DNA from: Amoebophrya sp. A120
Lineage: Eukaryota; Protista; Dinoflagellata
Reading direction: 5' to 3'
DNA: 64,000 nucleotides
Assembly (NCBI GenBank): GCA_905178155.1
Contig: CAJINV010000001.1
Location: forward strand, 15,748,142-15,812,141
Made by a program: the position numbers and the translations under genes
Shown: in pieces, positions 56,790 to 64,000 of the stretch
Layout: each line of letters starts with the position of its first letter
Numbering within the stretch: the first letter of the stretch is position 1
The notes under the pieces: model-generated
Told to the model about the DNA's origin: nothing
Databases searched by the model: none
What the model saw: the letters and a program-made list of their open reading frames with translations, nothing else

Positions 56790-59700
56790 CTAGAAGAACG
56801 TTTTCAGTGCGTTTTTGTAGAAAGCGACTGAGCTTGCGAAAGTTTTGTCGTTAAAGAGCTTCATCTCCGCAGCCATAGCATTGACATCCTCCTGCAAGAG
56901 GTGCTTGCAGAGTTCCTGCAGGTTGAAGAAGAATTTCAACCCCGGCCACCGCACGAAGTCGCTGTAATCGAGCCAGTACGCTCGCGAATCCAGACTCGAG
57001 AACGCGAATGGCGGGTATGGATGCTCCGATACAAGTTCTTCCTTCTTCCCTAAAAGTCTCGACGACCGCAGCTGGTATGAGTCTTTTGTCGTGCCCAAAT
57101 TCCCTTCGCTGTGGTAGACCGTTCGATACAGCATTTCCCTGGACGGCAAGAACAGGGGCATGTTCATGCTGTAGAATTCGTAGAAGGACATGAGTGCCGC
57201 TTCCCAGGGGATCAACACGATTGCCGTGTAGGACGCCATTTCCAGAAACGTTTTCTTCGAATCTGTGTTCAACACGTCAAACGCAAATGGGAGCTTTCCG
57301 AAGTGGATCATGCGCTTCAGCAGACACTCAAACGTCACCCACTGAAACTTTGTCCGAGACACGACACCCACGTAATGGAGCAGCTTGCGCGGCGAGAAGG
57401 AAGACTCGACTGTTGCCGCGGTGAAGCCCGCTGGTACGTAGCTGCGCGACGAAGTTGCTGGTGACGACGTTTCTTGATCTCCTCCTCCTGCACCTCCGAT
57501 CAGCTCCTCTGCCGTCGGCGGGTAGAGGTGTTTTCTCGGCACATAATACGCGTTCATGTACCGGTTGTGGGGTCGGAGAATGCGGAGTGCTTCTGTATCC
57601 GTTTTCCCAAACTGGTACCGCAGCTGCTCGAACAAGATTGGGTTATTCGTCACGTGCGTCGTCCCCTCGCGAAGGAAAAGCCTGTGCCCATAATCCCAGA
57701 AAACTTCTTGATGTTGCGCGAAGTCGTGAGGGGCCTTCCATAGAGCCGGTAACCCGAGGTAATTGAAACTCAGTGCGTCTTTTGGCAGCAAAGACGCAAT
57801 GACTTAGAGCTTGGACACCCATTCGAATTCACAGTGGTTATTTTACGGAGATTTTACATCGTCAACTATCAGCGCCTCCCTTTCCAACCATCCCGCTCAT
57901 GCCTTGACTAGTGACCGCGACAAGCTACCTGCGTTGCTAATCTTTTGGGGCCTGCACGCGCAAACTAGACAGGAAACCACGCACACCATCGGGCTAGAGT
58001 TGAAAACGCCCCATATTGTCAGTTTTTCTGTCGCGCGATACCATCGCGATTACGCTGTTACAGAAGGGCGAAAATGGGGCTGACTGCGCGTTTGGTGATT
58101 TTACGGGTTATTTTACAAGCCTGCGGCTGGTTATTTTACGAACGAACATCCGCGCAAAAATCTAATCACGGCGGCACAGTCCACATTTTTATAAAATAAC
58201 CGGCGCGCAAAAAAGCAGCTTTTCATAAAATAACCAAGCAAATTTTCCGCAAAAATCTATGAAGCCAGAAAGTCAGTTCGTCGCGTCCGTTGTGGCCGAA
58301 GGCAGAGACTCTCGTCTCTGCCTTCGGACACAAGAAGGACCCACACTGCTAGCAGGGGAAGACGCAACTAAGAAGGGGCCACCAGAAGGGGCCACAAGAA
58401 GGAACCGCATTGCAATCAAAATTCTGAACCCGAAATCTGGCTCGTATTTTTCCCCCGCAACGCCGGGGAAATTCTACCAACAATGTAAAATCTCCGCAAA
58501 ATAACCTGCCTAATTTCTAACGGCCGTCCAAGCTGTAAGCAATGACCGCACAGAGGAAGAACGGCGAGGTGCAGACGAACAGTTTTCTCGAAGGCTGAGC
58601 TGTTCCTGTTGACGCACTAGCAGTACTTCCGCCGTGAGCCGAGAGCAAAGATTCGAACACCAGCTTCAATGTTGAGATAGACGACTCCGTCGTGTAGCTC
58701 TCGTCGGCTTTGTCGAAAGCACCCAGGATGCCCGCAATCGGGTCCTGGTCGTTGCACAGCAGAGGGTACAGGTGACACTTGTAGGCGATACCGAACACGC
58801 CTTGCAAATCGATATCGTACTGGTCGTCTGGGAAAACGTGGTCGGCGATCATTGTGTAGGGCTCCAGCGTCAACGTGGGATGTGTGCCAAATAACATAAT
58901 TTGAATTGTGATCTTCCCGTTCTCGTTCAAGATAGCTGTACTGCTTGATGACGACGAGGTCGACGTCGTTGCAACACGATGGCCTCCGAATCCGCCCGGC
59001 ATCATGACCGCCCCTCCACTGGTCGTCCCCGGACCGCCGCCGGAAGCTAGGTGCAGCATCCAGGAACTGACGTCTTTCCGCGAAAAATCCGGTAATTGGT
59101 CCCTTTCCTTTGTGTTGTGCCGCTCGCCAATCGTCCAGGAGGTGCTATTCTGCAGGATTGAGAGCAGGTCCGTCGATTTGAAGCGCCAGGTAGACGACTC
59201 CACGTAGTCGAGGCACTGCAGGGAGCCAAGAAGTGTCAGACCGTTCTTCGCGTAGTCAGTGTCTCCCGCGAGGCCGAGGACGACCAGCGCATTGAAGATT
59301 CCGTAGACGCAGGTGGGCGTCTGGTGCAGTTCCAGGTCGCAGATGTCGTGGAAAAACGCGTCCACGCCTTCGTACAGGCCCATCTGGTCGGACAAGCTGG
59401 CCGTCGCTAGTTCGTTGGCCACACGAATGGTCTCGGCGTTCAGGTTGCCCTTGTAGAGCAACTTGTTGAACTGCTGCCACACTTCGTGCTGCGGCGCATT
59501 GCACTTATCCACTTCAAAAGTATCGTACTAATTGCTATCGTGGATGACAAATATCCCTTTTTTAGAAAAAATAGCATTACAAGTTTCATTTTTCTTCTGG
59601 AAAAAATTTGTGATGCAATTCATACTAGTACGATACTTTTGCAATGCATAGCACTCCAGCTGGTGCAACACGGGGATTTCGTACGTGATTTCCTCCGGTT

Positions 59701-60070
59701 CTTCTTCCTTGACCGCCGACATGATGTTGTCCTCCACGTGGTGGCTCATGTCAAAACTGTGGGACATGTCCTGTGCGAAGGGCAGATGCGGAAGGGAAAT
59801 TGTCATCAGAAGGAACGAGGACAGTAGCAGCACACAGGAAGAGACCCGCTCCACGCGAGTAGTACCACCAAAGAGTTCGCTTTTTTGTCCCCTGGAACCA
59901 CTGCTGCGTAGCAATTGCTTCTGGATCGACAACAAACTTGACGAAGTTGGACGTCTTCTTCTCCCTCTGTGAAAACAATGACTGCATTTTTCTGTCAACT
60001 TCGTCCGGCGCATCGATGAGAGTGTTTGACTCACGATGCCCGTCAGTGTCCGAAACCACGAGGACAACAT
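56790..60070 (-). CDS. Putative glycosyltransferase-like (GT-B-like C-terminus) secretory/membrane protein, interrupted by two IR-bounded insertions
   Basis: N-terminal hydrophobic stretch; C-terminal AIVLIPWEAALMSFYEFYSMNMPLFLPS resembles GT-B donor-binding segments; three ORF blocks joined across ~59520-59636 and 57796-58538. Confidence 0.6.
57804..58538. mobile_element. Introner/MITE family B (hAT-like: 13-bp TIR, 8-bp TSD GCAATGAC)
   Basis: TTAGAGCTTGGAC / GTCCAAGCTGTAA (12/13); TSD at 57796-57803 and 58539-58546; subterminal 24-bp IR 57836-57859 / 58483-58506 (23/24); removing 743 bp restores FLCAVIA|SLLPKD. Confidence 0.88.
59515..59641. other. Short AT-rich intron candidate bounded by a perfect 16-bp inverted repeat
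   Basis: CAAAAGTATCGTACTA (59515-59530) / TAGTACGATACTTTTG (59626-59641); it separates two same-frame ORFs and carries the single in-frame TAG. Confidence 0.7.
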
Positions 60071-60565
60071 GAAGGCAAATCTAACCCCTCGTGACGGAGA
60101 GGAACTACCCAGAGAGTCTTCTATCTTCGTTGCGGAGCCATGCTAGTTTGTTTTGATGTCTGCGTGCTGTCTCATGACAAAAGAGCCAGCAACTCAAGAT
60201 GAAGATCATCCTCTGTTCGTTGGGAGCAACTAAATACACAACGACCAAAAAAACAGTGACTGTGACAGGATCGGATCTTAATATTTTTGGATTTCTCCTT
60301 CCATGAAGATCTGTCATCGACAACTCGTCGGTGTCGCAATCATCCTGTCACAAGAACCTCAGGCTTAAGAACGACATGGATGAAAATGATCAAGAAAAAA
60401 CACCACCGACACGGAAAGGAGTCAAATGAAGATCTCACACCAACTGCTTTATTGCCGCCGCAACGAAATTTCCTTTAGAACGAGGAGCATCGACATGTTC
60501 CTCCCATTCTTAAGCAAAATACAGGGTTTGTAAATTCACCACGTCTTTTACCGGCTTGAGACATA

Positions 60566-61477
60566 TCAGGAAATCAGCATGCTGGGGATTACTTTCTTGT
60601 AACTCTTCGGAAACAGGTCCCGCAACGAATGCCGTATCTGTGCCTCAAAGCTAGCCAAGTTACTCTCCGGGACGGGATGGCAGACTTGGGCCCCGTGCGC
60701 GGCCTCGTCGCCGGCGGGACTGCAAAGAAAGAGCTCCGTCGCGTGGTCGCAACTGTCGTCGAAGTAATACGGTCCAGTGTGGTCTACCTGGGCCGGCCAC
60801 CGCTTGATCGGTTTCCCCTGGTTCGGTCCTCGAGGAAACACCGGCAGGATCGGAGTTGCCAGTTTTGCTTCTTTTCTCTTCGCTACCACCTCGTCGTCCG
60901 CGCTTTCGCACCAGAATCGATGAAAAACCGGCGGCTTCTTCTCGGCCTGCTCATCTTCTAGCTGAGTGTCCGGATCTTGTTCTGTAGTTTCGTCTTTTTG
61001 TTCTTCCTGGGGCACGACCAGCTGCGGCCCACGTGGTTCTGGCCTTTTTATCTGGTGCTTAAAATCATCTTCGACTTCCCGTACCTTTATGTAACCTAAC
61101 GGACACGTAAAAGTCACGCGCTCCCGGCCTTTCACAAACACGACTCGTTGCACGCTTTCTTCCGTAGTCCCGGGAGGTAACTTTCCCCCGATAATTTTAG
61201 GCGCTTGCTTGTCGTGGAGGGCCTTTTTCACTTGCGTGTCCGCGTTGTTGAAGTACAGAACGTGGTCGTGCGTATCAATCAGAAAATTGTCATTTTTAGC
61301 ATGATCGACCGCCCCTTCCTTTATTTCTGCGAATGCCGTAGTTTTCGCGAGCAGAAGTTCTTTTTTCGGTTGCTGGCAGGAAACGGAACTTGAATCGCCC
61401 ACCGCCCAGGGCCAGGGCGACTCTTCGGACAAAAGTGAATGAAGCCTCATCTTTGCGGACGATGGATTTTGGATCAC
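60566..61477 (-). CDS. Hypothetical protein (~300 aa)
   Basis: ATG-to-stop ORF on the coding strand; no recognisable domain. Confidence 0.55.
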   Translation of the reverse strand: MIQNPSSAKMRLHSLLSEESPWPWAVGDSSSVSCQQPKKELLLAKTTAFAEIKEGAVDHAKNDNFLIDTHDHVLYFNNADTQVKKALHDKQAPKIIGGKLPPGTTEESVQRVVFVKGRERVTFTCPLGYIKVREVEDDFKHQIKRPEPRGPQLVVPQEEQKDETTEQDPDTQLEDEQAEKKPPVFHRFWCESADDEVVAKRKEAKLATPILPVFPRGPNQGKPIKRWPAQVDHTGPYYFDDSCDHATELFLCSPAGDEAAHGAQVCHPVPESNLASFEAQIRHSLRDLFPKSYKKVIPSMLIS

Positions 61478-62578
61478 AACTAGAACTACTCGCTAGTGAT
61501 ACTGTATTTTTCGGTAAAAGGATTCACACTCGAAACCAAACCACAACGCGAGAGATGAACCTTTCGGTCGATATAACGAAAATTTGTTCGACTTCGACTA
61601 GAACATCAAAAACGCACACATTATTTAACGAATCGCGTCGAAGAAGACAAGCGCAAGCCGATATACACGACGAAAAAGTTCGACAACGAGAGCGACAAAG
61701 GGAAACCCGCCTGCACGAAAAGACGACAGCAAGAGCGATTTTGTCAGCACGAGAACCCGGCGCTTTATTCGGTCAGCAGATTACACGCAAGTAGTAGCGT
61801 CAAAAACAGCCCTTTGGCTTTGGTGACCACTTTTTTTGCTCATATTGATACAGTACATTTTTTTTATCATGTTTTTTGTTGTTGAGAGCTACAGCTACTA
61901 GATTGAGATTATTCATTTGGCATATCACAGTGCGTTCATCTTGCTCCTCTCAACCCATGCTCCTCATCTCGCCGAGCTTTGTGTTTCTTAGCTTGTGTTT
62001 CGATGAATAGTCTGCTTCATACAATAGGTAAAATCTGATGTCTGTGTGTGATCTCAAGCTCGCTTGCGCATCGACATCGTCCGCCAGAGTAAAAATACTC
62101 GTTCGAAAAGGAGGTTGCTCGGTATGGAAAACTGAATAAAACGACAAACCATAAAGGAAACGTACTACCTTTACGACCTGCGCTCCATCGGATTAACAAC
62201 CTCACGCGACCTTTTGGAGACGAATATTGTTCTCGATAGAAACTGTGTATTGATAAGCCATAAAAAAACGGAATGAATTCTGATGTAGTTTTGCCATAAT
62301 AATTTCACGTGAATCATGTTGCCGAACGATTCATTTATCGAATGGCAACGACCGGTCTGCTAAAAGAGATTGATAAACGAAACAGGTAGAAATTTTTACA
62401 ACTTACATTTCAGCCCACCTCAGTGAGTCAGCTGATATGATAATGATTCTGTAAGGGGTTACTATTATAGTAAGCATAAGCTTATCAAACGACAGCTTTT
62501 CACATAGCAATTTTAGGGGTTTTTGGTAGAGAGGTCTTCTGTCAAATGCGGGGGAGAATAAATGGTGGCGCACTGTGA

Positions 62579-64000
62579 TCAGGACTGCTCTTTTGTGCTG
62601 GGCTCCTGTTCTGGGGGGACGTACTCTGTGTCAGCCACGTAGCCCAACGCGCCGAGAATATTGGACGAAAGCTGGGCTCGCGGGTCCGCCGGGTCTTGTA
62701 TGCTCATTTCAACCGTCTTGATCTCGTCCATAAGCTTCGCCCGCTCCTCGCGCGTCTCCACCACAAATAGCATAATCTGTTGTGTTTTTTTTCGAAAAAC
62801 GCATTGAAACTGATCTTGTTCTTCATCTTGATTCGTAACAATGCACTCTAGTTGTACTGAACGGATAAAAAAACACTATCACCATGACAACGAAGAGCAA
62901 TCGCTTTACCTGTCTAAGCGCTCCCTGCACGACACCCACGAAGGAGAGCATGCCGTCGCTGTTGGTTTTCAGCTCCAGAAACTCTTTTTCTGCGTCGGTG
63001 AGTTCAAGGTCCTTTGATCGCTCCTTCTCCTCGGCGTCCATCATTTCGTATTGCAGCTCGTCGATGAATTTCTGTGCGTTCTCCTTGTCCAGCTTCAGTT
63101 TGTAGTCCGGATCGTACCTTTTCCAGTTGTCGATCGCGAGATTCACGACTTCGTCCTCGTTCTTCTGTGTGGAATCTTCGAACCCTTCGAGAATGACCGC
63201 GACCACCAGGTTGAAGACGACAAAGGTGATCAACATGGTGTAGGTAACCCAGTAAATGTAGCTCATCGCGGGCGCGCCGCACTGGATGGGGTTGTCGATG
63301 AGGCATTTGCCGTTCAACAAATCGTATGCGTCCTCCGTGGGCACATCGAAGTCCCCCACGCACGGACTGCCGTCCCACCGTCCAAACTCGTCCGCCGTCC
63401 TGCCCAGGTCGTGCATCAACTCGTTCCAGGCCTCACCCGTCATCGCGCGAACGAGCGTCATAAAGGCGCGGTAGAAGGAGCGGAAGTTCCCGCGCTCGTC
63501 GTGGGTCGAGCCGAACTGGACTTTTCCAAACATCTGCACCCCCATCACTGCGTAAAGGAACATGAGCAGAAACAGAATGCACGCGACGTTGAAAAGTTTG
63601 GGGATGGACAGGAGAAAAGCGTTGAAAATCTTGTTCAAACCTGTAGTGTAATGATGGTTTGAATTTGTATTTGATGAAAACATTGAAACTACTAGGAGAT
63701 GAGAGTGATCCCATTTAGCAATGCCAAGAACGGCCTGATACAGTCAGAGGCGATGTTTCTCTACTTGCTTCTTCGTCCTGCTTCGTGAAGAATCCATAAA
63801 AAGTAAGTCAAGAAACACTACATAAGCAGTGTTCTAACACAGTACCTTTCGCGAACCGCAGCAACCGCAGTAATCTTGCAATCCTGAAGAGCCGGATACT
63901 GCTCATTAATGCTCCGACCTTGATCTGGAAGACGAACTCCAGAATGATGCCCAACAGCGTTGCAGACACGCAGCTGAAATCAAACACGTTCCAGCCGTCG
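62579..64000 (-). CDS. C-terminal part (last repeat) of a voltage-gated Ca2+/Na+ channel alpha subunit; 5' part lies beyond the window
   Basis: DGWNVFDF, S4 IRLFRIARLLRLLR (~63847-63900), YAVMGVQMFG, NFRSF..AFMTL..MTGEAWNELM pore loop (Glu), FVVFNLVVAVILEGF, WKRYDP; GT-AG introns. Confidence 0.9.

Noticed and set aside
59528-59530. Stop-codon readthrough or a reassigned TAG joining two same-frame ORFs
   Set aside because: The stop lies in an AT-rich IR-bounded segment better explained as an intron, and TAG terminates other genes here (e.g. at 17614 and 56790).

Overview
Eukaryotic, gene-dense 64 kb window. All ~17 credible protein-coding genes lie on the minus strand and most have short introns. 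This layout, together with transposon-like non-canonical introns, suggests a syndinian dinoflagellate such as Amoebophrya (inference; no taxonomic marker gene is present). Recognisable genes: a C45 (Ntn) peptidase/acyltransferase with a large repeat insert, MATCAP/KIAA0895-type tubulin carboxypeptidase, a disordered C-terminal J-domain protein, two tandem BMT5-like (DUF2431) paralogues, a one-domain PDI, a giant intronless ABCA transporter, a ubiquilin/Dsk2 with two UBL domains, an alpha/beta-hydrolase-like-TM-PDZ receptor-like protein, a glycosyltransferase-like protein and domain IV of a voltage-gated cation channel. The most striking signal is a set of small non-autonomous TIR elements. Three of them, from two families (5-bp and 8-bp target duplications), sit inside coding sequence. 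Their exact removal restores the reading frame but cannot be drawn as GT-AG, so they look like introners. A third family, a 1.08-kb fold-back element with a 9-bp duplication, is present twice and shares an internal motif with the 5-bp family. Exon structures were deduced by eye and need RNA-seq confirmation.
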